DNA of 64,000 nt from Macrostomum lignano (Eukaryota). The notes below the pieces were generated by a model that did not search any database, was not told the origin of the DNA, and saw nothing but the letters and a program-made list of their open reading frames with translations. This document shows, one piece after another, positions 22,401 to 34,500 of the stretch (position 1 is its first letter; the number at the start of each line of letters is the position of its first letter). A program made the translations under genes and the position numbers. The stretch is taken from NCBI GenBank assembly GCA_002269645.1, contig NIVC01001023.1:62001-126000 (forward strand). Direction: 5' to 3'.

Positions 22401-24485
22401 AGCTTCACCGTTCACAATATTTAAGCATCACCATTCACAAGATATTAGCTTCATCATTCACAAAATATAAGCTTCACCATTCACAAGATATGAGCTCCAC
22501 CATTCACAAAATATGAGCTCCACCATTCACAAGATATAAGCTTCACCATTCACAATATTTAAGCATCATTATTCACAAGATATAAGCTTCATCATTCACA
22601 TAATATAAGCTTCACCGTTCACAAGATATAAGCTTCACCATTGACAAGATATAAGCTTCACCGTTCACAATATTTAAGCATCACTATTCACAAGATATAA
22701 GCTTCACCGTTCACAATATTTAAGCATCACTATTCACAAGATATAAGCTTCACCGTTCACAATATTTAAGCATCACCATTCACAAGATATAAGCTTCACG
22801 GTTCACAATATTTAAGCATCACCATTCACAAGATATAAGCTTCACGGTTCACAATATTTAAGCATCACCATTCACAAGATATAAGCTTCACGGTTCACAA
22901 TATTTAAGCATCACCAAGATATAAGCTTCACCATTCATAGAATCTAGTTTAACTACACTGTGTAATTCAAATACGAGTAAAGTCACCTGATTTTTCGTAT
23001 GTTCGAATCCGCAGACTCCCTGGCTTCATCAGCTCCGATGGCGCTGCCGTTTGACCAGTTTGGCAGCTCGGGACTGAAGTCAACTTTGCCTGTGCTCACT
23101 CGTAATGGGGCTGCTGTAAGTCTTTATCCACTCTTAATCCATAGTCTTTTTCCACTGTTAATCCATAGTCTTTATCCACTGTTAATCCATAGTCTTTATC
23201 CACTGTTAATCCATAGTCTTTATCCACTGTTAATCCATAGTCTTTATCCACTGTTAATCCATAGTCTATCCACTGTTAATCCATAGTCTTTATCCACTGT
23301 TAATCCATAGTCTTTATCCACTGTTAATCCATAGTCTTTGTCCACCATTAATCTGTAGTCTTTGTCCACCATTAATCTGTAGTCTTTATCCACTGTTAAT
23401 CGATTGTCTTTATCCACAGTTAATCCATAGTCTTTATCCACTGTTAATCCATAGTCTTTGTCCACTGTTAATCCATAGTCTTTATCCACTGTTAATCCAT
23501 AGTCTTTGTCCACTGTTAATCCATAGTCTATCCACTGTTAATCCATAGTCTTTATCCACTGTTAATCCATAGTCTTTATCCACTGTTAATCCATAGTCTT
23601 TATCCACTTTTAATCCATAGTCTTTGTCCACCATTAATCTGTAGTCTTTATCCACTGTTAATCGATTGTCTTTATCCACAGTTAATCCATAGTCTTTATC
23701 CACTGTTAATCCATAGTCTTTACTCTTTATCCACTGTCATGCATGCGCAACATTGGGATTCACTCGGCCGTTTCTATTGGCAACACATACATGTAAGTCG
23801 CTATTGGCTGAGTGCAGTCACGTGACTACTATTCCGTCCAATAGCGACTTACGTGTGTGTGTGTTGCCAATAGAAACGGCCGAGTGAATCCCAAGGTTGC
23901 GCCCAAGCATGTCCACTGTTAATCCATAGTCTTTATCCACTGTTAATCCATAGTCTTTGTCCACTGTTAATCCATAGTCTTTATTCACATTCAATCCAGC
24001 AGTCTTCATTTTCCACTCCAACTGTCTGTCTATCAGTATTTTACCAATTATTACATACTTCAAGTCTCTCAAGTTTGCATATCCCCATTTTTCATCGTTC
24101 TTCCCTCCTGTTTCAGACTCCCCCACCGCTGCTGAAGCAGCAGACCTCTCTGGCAGCAGCGCTGCCTTCAAGCCACAGCCAGCCGCAGTCGGTGCAGCCT
24201 CGACCTGCGCTGCAGCCGCCGCCGCCTCTGCTGGTTCCGCCGGCGGCGCCGCCTCTGCCACCGTCGAAGGCTGTTCTCACTGCGGCGGCGCCAACCGCTA
24301 GCCGACTGAGCGAGCGAGAGCGCCAGCTTTGCCGCAGTCTTCGCCTGAGTCACGAGTCCTACCAGCTGATCAAACTGCATCTGCTGGTGTCGGCCGATCA
24401 GCCGCATCAGTTGGCTGAGTGCCATCCAGGTCTGAGGCCGCTGTTAGCCTTCTTTCGCAAGCAGGGCTGGGTGACCATTGCCTGA
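19405..24485 (+). CDS. TADA2B: Transcriptional adaptor ADA2 (SAGA/ATAC subunit, more ADA2b-like), 5 exons, about 561 aa
   Basis: Exons 19405-19915, 20550-20922, 21796-22127, 23015-23115 and 24117-24485 are phase-consistent (1686 nt). Domains: ZZ finger (CGYC...CAVC...CLRCFALGAEGGKHQRSHDY), SANT (WSWDEEVRLLDAIDAFGYGNW), PLRDFEFE...AE segment and C-terminal SWIRM (LSERERQLCRSLRL...FFRKQGW). The a/b subtype is less certain than the family. Confidence 0.85.
19920..20350. repeat. 21-bp minisatellite (GTCACTCTGCCTTCTTGACTT) in ADA2 intron 1
   Basis: About 15 clear units to 20230, then degenerate copies. Confidence 0.9.
20930..21762 (+). repeat. Degenerate AGGTCCTRRGTTCGA repeats filling ADA2 intron 2
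   Basis: More than 12 GTTCGA motifs and partial tandem duplications of about 120 bp. Confidence 0.7.
22150..22935. repeat. 19-20-bp minisatellite (TTCACAAGATATAAGCTTCACC and variants) in ADA2 intron 3
   Basis: Two alternating unit variants. Confidence 0.9.
23121..23985. repeat. 24-bp minisatellite (TTAATCCATAGTCTTTATCCACTG) in ADA2 intron 4, split by a MITE
   Basis: About 25 units to 23737, then about 3 more after 23912. Confidence 0.9.
23738..23911. mobile_element. 174-bp hairpin MITE with arms of about 65 bp and an 8-bp TSD (hAT-like)
   Basis: CATG...CATG ends. The arm gcgcaac.ttgggattcactcggccgtttctattggcaacaca...gtaagtcgctattgg is inverted. TCCACTGT occurs at 23730-23737 and 23912-23919. 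Confidence 0.8.
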
Positions 24486-24574
24486 TTGCTTGGAAAGGAT
24501 AGTGCCTACTTGTTTTTTGTGTCTTCTCTGCTGCTAGGTCTTGGGTTCGATCTCTTTTGCTTTTAAGTCGTGAT

Positions 24575-25560
24575 CTTCGCTAGGTCCTAGGTTCAAAATC
24601 CTGTAGGTCCAAGGTTCGAACTCCTGTAGGTAGGTAGGTTCAAAATCCTGTGGGTCCTAGGTTCGAACTCCTGTAGGTAAGTCCTAGGTTCAAAATCCTG
24701 TAGGTCCTAGGTTCGAACTCCTGTAGGTATGACCTAGGTTAAAAATCTTGTAGGTCCTAGGTTCGAACTCCTGTAGGTAGGTCCTAGGTTTAAAATCCTT
24801 TAGGTCCTAGGTTCGAACTCCTGTAGGTAGGTCCTAGGTTCAAAATCCCGTAGGTCCTAGGTTCAAAATCCTGTAGGTCCTAGGTTCGAGCTCCTGTAGG
24901 TCCTAGGTTCAAAATCCTGTAGGTCCTAGGTTCAAAATCCTGTAGGTCCTAGGTTCGAGCTCCTGTAGGTCCTAGGTTCAAAATCCTGTAGGTCCTAGGT
25001 TCGAACTCCTGTAGGTAGGTCCTAGAGACTTCTAGGTTCAAAATCCTGTAGATCCTAGGTTCGAACTCCTGTAGGTAGGTCCTAGAGACTTCTAGGTTCA
25101 AAATCCCGTAGGTCCTAGGTTCGAACTCCTGTAGGTAGGTCCTAGAGACTTCTAGGTTCAAAATCCTGTAGGTCCTAGGTTCGAACTCCTGTAGGTAGGT
25201 CCTAGAGACTTCTAGGTTCAAAATCCTGTAGGTCCTAGGTTCGAACTCCTGTAGGTAGGTCCTAGAGACTTCTAGGTTCAAAATCCCGTAGGTCCTAGGT
25301 TCGAACTCCTGTAGGTAGGTCCTAGAGACTTCTAGGTTCAAAATCCTGTAGGTCCTAGGTTCGAACTCCTGTAGGTAGGTCCTAGAGACTTCTAGGTTCA
25401 AAATCCTGTAGGTCCTAGGTTCGAACTCCTGTAGGTAGGTCCTAGAGACTTCTAGGTTCAAAATCCTGTAGGTCCTAGGTTCGAACTCCTGTAGGTAGGT
25501 CCTAGAGACTTCTAGGTTCAAAATCCTGTAGGTCATAGGTTCGAACTCCTGTAGGTCCTA
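24575..25560. repeat. Satellite of about 20-bp monomers forming a 60-bp higher-order repeat (about 9 copies at 25010-25545)
   Basis: Unit TCTAGGTTCAAAATCCTGTAGGTCCTAGGTTCGAACTCCTGTAGGTAGGTCCTAGAGACT recurs every 60 nt. Confidence 0.92.
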
Positions 25561-26837
25561 AGTTCGTTATTCAATAGGTCCTTGGTTCTATTTCTTTTTT
25601 TGTTTTGATCTCCGGTATGTCCTGGATTTAATATACGTATCTAGATCCTTTGTTCGAACTTCTTTAGGTTCCAGGTTTGATCTCATACAGTTCATTTATT
25701 TGATCTCCGGTGTGCCCTAGATTCGAAATCCTGTAGGTCCTGGGCTCGATTTCCTATAGGTCCCAGGTTCGATCTCTACGATCTCTTTGAACCCTATTTT
25801 TAATTCATCTTGAATTTTTACCTTACCGCTTAAATCGCTACGACAGTTCACGCGATGCGAACTTTTAAATTTTACTTTATTTTGTTTATAAAGTGCTGAT
25901 TTTATTCAGCTGGTTTATTCACGAATCACGAGCTCTATTAAATTACGCTTTGCCTTTTTTGCGCGATATATATACTACTCGATTGTATTGCTCCAAGTAA
26001 GTAGTCTGTCTAATCAATTTAATCTGAAAGAATCGTATTTTTAATGTAAAATCATTTCGACTTCTATCTTGTCATTTATTGGACCAAAATTCTGTGCTGT
26101 CTGTCTAGTCAGTCATATTTGCTATTCTAAAGTCTTCAATCATCACACGGGTTATAAAATATTTTGTGTAATTAGAATATTTTGTACAGTGCAATATAAT
26201 TTCAGGTGGCGGTATTCTTACCTGTACATAATCTTATTTTTCTGTTCAAAGCAGCAATCGGTTTGATTTTTTAACTGCGTTTTTTCGGTATTTTTTGCTG
26301 GTGAAAATGTTCTACTAATACTACTTGTAGAATTCGATTCTGTTAGTAGTATCTGCGACAATGGTTTTTTGCCTTTGTGTTACAACTAATTGCGTACAGA
26401 TGCACTTTGCGATGCATAAAGTTCTATTAGTAATAATATATACGAAACCTGATGCAGAATATTATAACATATTTTAATCAGGCAGTCAGGCAGTCACTGG
26501 TTACATTTTTCCATTCCGGTTTACTAGTTAATCGTTTATTTGTATTTTATTAACGTATTTTTATGCTCGTACATGTAGTTACGCGTCTGAGTCTTGCGCT
26601 AAAAAGGACCCGAGTTCCAACTACCAGCGCTCAGAGTGTGTAACATATGCATGCGGTTAGTGGTCCTTAGTTCGATCTCCTTGCAGGTCGTATACATGTA
26701 CTGGATTAGATTTAGGCTAGGTTAGTGTTGCAGGTTTTAGGTTAGGTTTAGGTTCCTCCAAAATGAGAGGCAACCAAGTTTGACGATGAGCGGTAGCTCC
26801 ACTTTTGCCACCTCTTGGACGTGGCATCCACCGGCAC

Positions 26838-28250
26838 ATGAAACAGGGGTAGGGACGCCCACTAAGAGACCGGGGTGCCTACCAAAACACAAGGGCGCCC
26901 ACCAAAAGACAGGGGCGCCCACTGAAGAGACCAGGCGCCAACTGCATTAAGAGACGGGGGCACCCACTAAGAGACCGGGCGCTAAGAGACTGGGCGCCCA
27001 CTAAGAGACCGGGCGCTAAGAGACTGGGCGCCCACTAAGAGACCGGGCGCCAACTGCATTAAGAGACAAGGGCGCCCACTAAGAGACAAGGGCGCCCACT
27101 AAGAGACCGGGCGCCAACTGCATTAAGAGACGGGGGCGCCCACTAAGAGACAAGGGCGCCCACTAAGAGACCGGGCGCTAAGAGACTGGGCGCCCACTGA
27201 AGAGACCAGGCGCCCACTAAGAGACCGGGCGCCCACTAAGAGACCGGGCGCCAACTGCATTAAGAGACGGGGGCGCCCACTAAGAGACAAGGGCGCCCAC
27301 CAAAAGACAGGGGCACCCACTAAGAGACCGGGCGCCCACTAAGAGACAGGGGCGCCTACTAGAGACCAGGCGCCCACTAAGAGACAAGGGCGCCCACTAA
27401 GAGACCGGGCGCCAACTGCATTAAGAGACGGGGGCGCCCACTAAGAGACAAGGGCGCCCACTAAGAGACCGGGCGCTAAGAGACTGGGCGCCCACTGAAG
27501 AGACCAGGCGCCCACTAAGAGACCGGGCGCCCACTAAGAGACCGGGCGCCAACTGCATTAAGAGACGGGGGCGCCCACTAAGAGACAAGGGCGCCCACCA
27601 AAAGACAGGGGCACCCACTAAGAGACCGGGCGCCCACTAAGAGACAGGGGCGCCTACTAGAGACCAGGCGCCCACTAAGAGACAGGGACGCCCACTAAGA
27701 GACAGGGGCGCCTACTAGAGACCAGGCGCCCACTAAGAGACAAGGGCGCCTACTAGAGACCAAGCGCCCACTAAGAGACAGGGGCGCCCACTAAGAGACA
27801 GGGGCGCCGGGCGCCCAATAAGAGACAGGGGCGCCGGGCGCCCACTGAGAGATAGGGGCGCCTACTAGAGACCAGGCGCCCACTAAGAGACAAGGGTGCC
27901 CACTAAGAGACAGGGGCGCCTACTAGAGACCAGGCGCCCACTAAGAGACAGGGGCGCCTACTAGAGACCAGGCGCCAACTAAGAGACAGGGGCGCCAACT
28001 AAGAGACAGGGGCGCCAACTAAGAGACCAGGCGCCCACTGAGAGACAGGGGCGCCTACTAGAGACTAGGCACCCACTAAGAGACAGGGGCGCCCACTAAG
28101 AGACAGGGGCGCCCGCTAAGAGACAGGGGCGCCGGGCGCCCACTAAGAGACAGGGGCGCCGGGCGCCCACTGAGAGACAGGGGCGCTGGGCGCCCACTGA
28201 GAGACGGGCGCCGGGCGCCCATTGAGAGACAGGGGCCCCAACCACAGGGA
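26838..28250. repeat. Minisatellite of about 21 bp (GGGCGCCCACTAAGAGACAGG) with a 298-bp internal duplication
   Basis: Identical translated blocks at 27123-27320 and 27421-27618. Confidence 0.9.
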
Positions 28251-28597
28251 GAGGCGCCAACCACTACGCACCTTGGGGTTGCAGCCTACTGCAATTAAAG
28301 TTCCCGCGTACGCCTCTGACCTACTAATAAAAATGATCAATCAGTGACATTGCAAGTTAGTTACAGATAAAATTCATTCTAATAAGTTTTCTATACTAGT
28401 AAAATATTCACAAACGTGAAATCGGGGCATATATAGTTACTACAAATAAATTATTTAGTTTCAGCTTGAGGCGGTTTTTGTACTCATTTAGCGATAATAG
28501 TATTCGTTAATTAACGTGTGTATTTTTTCAAACTATCTACCAGTAAATACGAATAATACGAGCATATGAACAAAACTGAAAAGGCTGCAGTCCTTGA

Positions 28598-31500
28598 TCA
28601 CACTCTGCCCACACTGTCTGCCGCGGTCCTGGTTGCGGACTCCAGCTTCACCACAGCAGCGGCCGCCGCAGCAGCCGCGGCAGCCGTGTTGAGGCCCGGG
28701 CAGGCCGTCTCCTGGTGCTCGAGCAGCGACTCCAGCTGGTCGAAGGACTCGCCGCAGCGGACGCAGACGAGCTGGCCTTGGTGCCTGTACCCGGCCGCTG
28801 CACTGCTGGCCGCTGCGGCTGCTGCCGCCGCGTTGATGGCCTGCTGCTGCAGCTGCTGCCGGAGCAGATCCGGATGAAGCGATAGCGGCAGCTGCAGTTG
28901 CTGCTGCGGTGGCTGGGGCGGATGCTGCGGCATCTGCTGCACGGGCGTCACCCGTTTGAACGTCCGTCGCTTACTGTAGGGCTGCGTCTTGTGCTGCAGC
29001 ATGCCGAGCTCCTCGGGTGTCATGCTGGACAGCAGGTCGCTGTTGAAGCTGGTGGGCAGGCGGATCCCGTCACTGCCGCTGGCGTTGACCACCTCGGATG
29101 GCGACAGAGCCGCTGAGGACGCGGAGGCACCGTTGTTGCCTCCGAAGCCGCCGCTGGCGCTGTGCACTTTGGCGTGCATTTTCATCCCGCGCTCAGTTTG
29201 CCCGATGTAGCCGCAGATGGAGCACTTGTAGCCAGCGCTGCCGCTCAGGTCCATCGCGATCGGCAGCCACGAAGGCGGCGAAGACTGCTGCTGCTGTTGC
29301 AGTTGCTGCTGCTGCTGCTGAGCCGCTGCTTTTGACGCGTCGCCTGTGGCGGGTGAATCTGCGCAGGCTGGCGCCGCTGTACCGGCAGAAGCGCCCGCAG
29401 TCGCAGGCGCCACAGCGGCGGCGCTCGGCGCTGTTTTGTCCGGATTCTCGGGACAGTAGAAGGCCTGATGCGCTGTCAGGGTGGACGGCGAGTGGAACCG
29501 GATCTGGCAGTAGGGGCACTGGAACTTGCGCTCGGCGGCTGACGCGCTTGGCGAATGAGTCGAGGCTGCAGCGGTTGGCGCTGAACTGGCCGGGGCAGCC
29601 AGGGCCTCAAGCTTGGGCGTTGCCATGGCTACTGTGGGCAGCTGAGCGCCGCTCTGCTTCTGTTGCTCTTGAAGCTGCAGAGGATGTTTAGACAGTCGGC
29701 CAGGTGTGCCGGATGCTGCACCGGTGGCAGCCGCGGCAGCTGCCACGCGACCGCTCTGACAGTAGAGCGACCGGTGCACCAAGTAGTTGTTGTAGTTGAA
29801 GAAGCCAATTTTGCAGTCCTTGCAGACGCTCATCAGGCTGGAGGCCGAGCCGGACTTTTCTGCTTGATTTTGTTGCTGCTGTCGTTGCAATTGTCGGCTG
29901 CGCTGTCGCTGCTGCTGCTGCTGCTGGGAATGCTGAGTCAGTCTTAGCGAGGCTCCCGCTGAGGCTGCTGCTGGTGTCTGCACCCTCGGCAGCGTCAGGT
30001 CGAGGGCTGAAGCCTCGGGTAGGTCTGGCGAACTTCTGTTGTTTGGGTCGGGGGAAATGGTGTACAAATGAGATATGCTCTCACACACACGCTCACACAT
30101 TGTTTAGCAATTTGACGATCATTTTTTTTTAATGCAGAACAATCCATTACTACAAACAATGCATTGTCTGTAGGATTGTCAAACAGGAAAACAATGCAAA
30201 GAATCAGCGGTCGCAGTGCGTGACAACGATTGTCTGGCGAGCGCTGCCGGCGCTCCTGCCGGCGCTCGTCAGACAATCGTTGTCACGCACTGGGACCGCT
30301 GATTATTTATCCAGTGTGTACAGCGGTCCTGACTTTCTATTCGTAAGGCATGTACACAGCTCTGTGCCTTGGCGGTTGGCCCTCATGGCTGTGAGAGCCT
30401 TTGCAGAAATGCAAACGATCATACTCAGCAACATCTAAAAGTCGCCATCACAGAAGATTTCGTCTGCTGGTGGGTCGCCACTTTTGAGAGTGCATGCAGG
30501 CAAAGTCTCTCAATCTTGCGAGTGACGCAAATCAGCTACGCCACGCAACAGACTTGGATTGAGGAATGAAGTGGGGGATCGCGGTGTGCGAGGGTTGGAC
30601 AGATTAAAGCTACCCCGATCAGTTTTCTCGTATCTTTTATTTCAGAATAGTCCAAGACCAATTGCTCACTGGGTCATATGGTGGCGACTTTTCAATGTTG
30701 CTAAGTAGATATTTTCGTTGTTGCTAAAAATAAACTTGTGACACTTTCTGGTTGATCACAAGCACATGGCTAGGCAGAAGGGCGTGAGCACTTGAGATTT
30801 TAGGAGAAAAAAACAAGCTAAAAGTTGAAAATTTAAGATTGATTTGTTAAAGCTGCTTTTGTAAGCTCGTGTGTGACTTGAAAAATACTGAAAAATTCAA
30901 ACATTCACTTCTTATCAAAATAGATTAAAATGATTAAAGCCCATTAACCCATGACTCATATGATTCAACGGTTGAGAAAAATCCTAATTTCGATCCCGGA
31001 TCTACTCAGGGTAAGGTACGGTACCTGAGTTTCTTTTCTTTGACTGGAGCATTTCAAGCAGGATGCAATGACGCAACAAGTTTTCTGTCTGATAGTTATA
31101 ATAATAATTGATTAAACCTGCCTCAATAGGCAGATGTGCAACCGACAGCTCAGCCGCAGCTATTGCTGTACGGCTGTTCAGTCCAAGGACTGGGGGGTCG
31201 CCACACAGCCTCAATTACCCCAGCTAATGCTGGCACCCATTTTACAGCTGGGTGAACTGAAGCAATGCAGAGTTAAGTGTCTTGCTCAACTCAAGAACAC
31301 AAATTGTTTCAGTGGGATTGGGAATCGAACCCCCGACCTTCAAGTCGTGAGTCCGACGCTCTTAACCACTAGGCTGCAACCCCTGTCGAATGGAAGATAA
31401 AATTAACTGCTATTCATTTGCATGAACAACTTTATTAAAACGTCCGGCACTCACCCGTCAGGATCAGAGGCCACACTGGCAGTGACATGTTGCAGCGCGT

Positions 31501-34500
31501 CAATTCCTTGCTGAAGCTGCTGGCTTTGCGCAGGCGGCTCTTTGCTCCTCGGCAAGCCCACAGGCACGTAGGAGATGCAGCCGCGATCGCTGAGCACGGG
31601 AGCGGACAGCACCAGCTGCGAGGCGTCCCCGCTGCCCAGCACGCCCCGCTGTCCGACGCCAGCTTCTCCGAATAGATCGTGGAACTGGCGGTGAGTCTGC
31701 AGCATCCAGGCCGAGGTGAAGAACAGGCCGCACCGGGTGCAGTGGCGAATTTTCGAACGAAGCGACGACTCAACTTGGACGGCTGAGCGTCGGTTGCCGC
31801 CGGACTCCAGCAGCCGGGGCAGCTTGGCGGAGCTGCCGCAGGCGGCGTTGGCGCTGGCCGGCCTCTTGCGCGCCTCCAGTTGACCTGACAGCTGCTCCAG
31901 CTCGGAGGACTCCTCCGAATCATCGTCCTGTAGGCGGCAAGCGTTGGAATCTTCGGCATCGGCTGAACTCGCGGAGTCGCAGGTGTCGGCAAGGTGCTCA
32001 GGCTCGGCCTCATCCAGGCTGTTGTTGCTGCAGCTCCAGTCGCTGCCGCTGCCGCTGCTACTGCAGATTCGAGTATTGAGCCTCTCACCGGGCATCAGAG
32101 GTCGCCGGGCCTTCAGGTAGAGCGTCTGGTCACGAACTGTGGGCAGGTCATTGATAGATTGTTAATCAAAGAGACAGCACCCAGAGCCCCCCATGCAAGC
32201 TGAATGTGAAACCCCCACTCACCGTTGACAACAATAGCCGTGTTGCAGCTGTCATCATCATTATCGTAATCTCCGTTCTCGGAATCTACAGCTCCATCGG
32301 AGGCTGTGTCAACAAAGTTGAGCAGCATCAGCCAGCGTTCGCTTTCCGCTATGAGCCGAACGAATAGTTGAACGTCTGAGTCGTTTGGATCAGTTTGGTC
32401 GTTTGTCTTGAAAGAGAGGTGCATGCGAGTTTGAGTTTATTGTATTATGAGTTGGGTAGATATGGAGATGCTGGTAGAGGATGAGATCGCAGGTAAAATG
32501 TAAAGAAGACAGACAGGGTGAGAGGGAGTCAGTGAGGGAAATAGAGGTAGAGAGATGTGAAGACTGAGACGGAGACAGAGAGGTAAATAGAGATGGACAG
32601 AGAGAGAGAGAGAGAGAGTTGGGAAGGGAGTCAGTGAGGAAGACAGAGAGGAAGATGGATAGGGAGGCAAAGAGACAGAGAGGGAGCTATAGAGGGAGAT
32701 GGAAAGGGAGGTAGAGAGGGAGGTAGAGAAGGAGACTGAAGAGAGGGAGACTGAGAGGGAAACAGAGAGGGAGACAGAGAGGGAGAGAGGGAGACAGAGA
32801 GGGAGACAGGGAGGGAGACAGAGAGGGAGACAGAGAGGGAGACAGAGAGGGAGACAGGGAGGGAGACAGAGAGGGAGACAGAGAGGGAGACATAGAGGGA
32901 GACAGAGAGGGAGACAGAGAGGGAGACAGAGAGGGAGACAGAGAGGGAGATAGAGAGGGAGACAGAGAGGGAGACAGAGAGGGAGACAGGGAGAGAGACA
33001 GTCTATTTCGATAAATAAAAAGCGCCACATCCTGAAACGATCACACAAAGGTGAAATAAATGATTTCTCAAATTAAATGACATTCTCCACTTTATCAACG
33101 CAGCCTGATTTGCTCAGCTCAGCACCAGAGAGGAAGCCCAAGCCATTTCCACAATGGACCTTGGCGCTCACACTGTGCTCGCTGGACTTTAGCCACCATA
33201 CCCTGTAAATATAGTATATCACGCTCGATCTAAACCAGCCGCCTATCCGAAATTGCCAAGGCCAAAGTCAGCAATGCAGAGCTTGGCAATTCGCGGCTAA
33301 TCTAATCTCCTGAATCGGTCCCCCTCGGGCTCTGCTCTATCTTATCTCGAATGCTATACAGATTGGACCCTCATTGCATTTAGGAATTTAGAATCAGATG
33401 TTGGGGAGAATCGCCCCCCTCCCCCTACATTCTTATCTTATTGCCTTCCAAGTATTATTCCCTATTATGCGATTCTCTCATAGGTAGGTAGATAAAGGCT
33501 TATCTAATCGCCAAAGCTAAACACATAACACTGTTACCAATTGTGCACAGGGCGGTGCAACTCGTGTTGTTTAGCATCAGCTTTATATTCATGTATCAAA
33601 TAATTCAAATAGCCTTGGATATGTCTAATGTAAACTGCTAGCGTATTTTAGGTTGCTTTCATTGTAGGATTCATTAGTAGGGTTCATTGAAAGGTCAACT
33701 TGTTGGATGTTGTTGCTTAGTGGCGCCATTTGTGCGTGGGAGATGCTGGATAGCGCCATTTGTGCGTGGGAGATGCTGGGTGGCGCCATTTGTGTTGTGG
33801 GAGGTGCTGGGTGGCGCCATTTGAGTGTGGGAGATGCTGGGTGGCGCTATTTGTGTGTGGGAGGTGCTGGGTGGCGCCATTTGTGTGTGGGAGATGCTGG
33901 ATAGCGCCATTTGTGTGTGGGAGATGCTGGGTGGCGCCGTTTGTGTATGGGAGATGCTGCAGGGTGGCGCCGTTTGTGTTGTGGGAGGTGCTGGGTGGCG
34001 CCATTTGTGTGTGGGAGGTGCTGGGTGGCGCCATTTGTGTGTGGGATGTGCTGGGTGGCGCCATTTGTGTGTGGGAGGTGCTGGGTGGCGCCATTTGTGT
34101 TGTGGGAGATGCTGGGTGGCGCCATTTGTGCGTGGGAGGTGCTGGGTGGCGCCATTTGTGTGTGGGAGGTGCTGGGTGGCGCCATTTGTGTGTCGGAGAT
34201 GCTGGGTGGCGCCATTTGTGTGTCGGAGATGCTGGGTGGCGCCATTTGTGTGTAGGAGATGCTGGATGGCGCCATTTGTGTTGTGGGAGTGCTGGGTGGC
34301 GCCATTTGTGCGTGGGAGATGCTGGGTGGCGCCATTTGTGTTGTGGGAGATGCTGCAGGGTTGCGCCATTTGTTTTGTGGGAGATGCTGCAGGGTGGCGC
34401 CATTTGTGTTGTGGGAGGTGCTGGGTGGCGCCATTTGTGTGTGGGAGGTGCTGGGTGGCGCCATTTGTGTGTGGGAGGTGCTGGGTGGCGCCATTTGTGT

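Noticed and set aside
23121-23737. DnaA-box-like TTATCCAC(A/T) in every 24-mer unit
   Set aside because: It lies in an animal intron, mostly mismatches the consensus, and has no bacterial origin context.
24575-28250. Regular arrays as possible CRISPR loci
   Set aside because: The repeats are head to tail with no unique spacers, there are no cas genes, and the context is eukaryotic.
28275-28288. 14-nt match to the SINE 5' end (GGGGTTGCAGCCTA)
   Set aside because: It is too short and has no downstream B box.
29619-29632. X-box-like GTTGCCATGGCTAC (also 54482-54495)
   Set aside because: Both lie in coding exons and are explained by the codons for MAT.
28566-29947. Plus-strand ORFs antisense to the ZFPM exon (likewise around ADA2, Kv and the SH3 gene)
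   Set aside because: They are shadow ORFs of GC-rich coding sequence with no domain content.
30426-30702. Short degenerate inverted repeat (GCAACATCTAAAAGTCGCCA)
   Set aside because: Probably an old MITE, but the ends and TSD could not be defined.
31310-31383. Possible tRNA gene
   Set aside because: No closing acceptor stem is evident and it runs straight into a CORE domain and TTA tail, so it is a SINE head.
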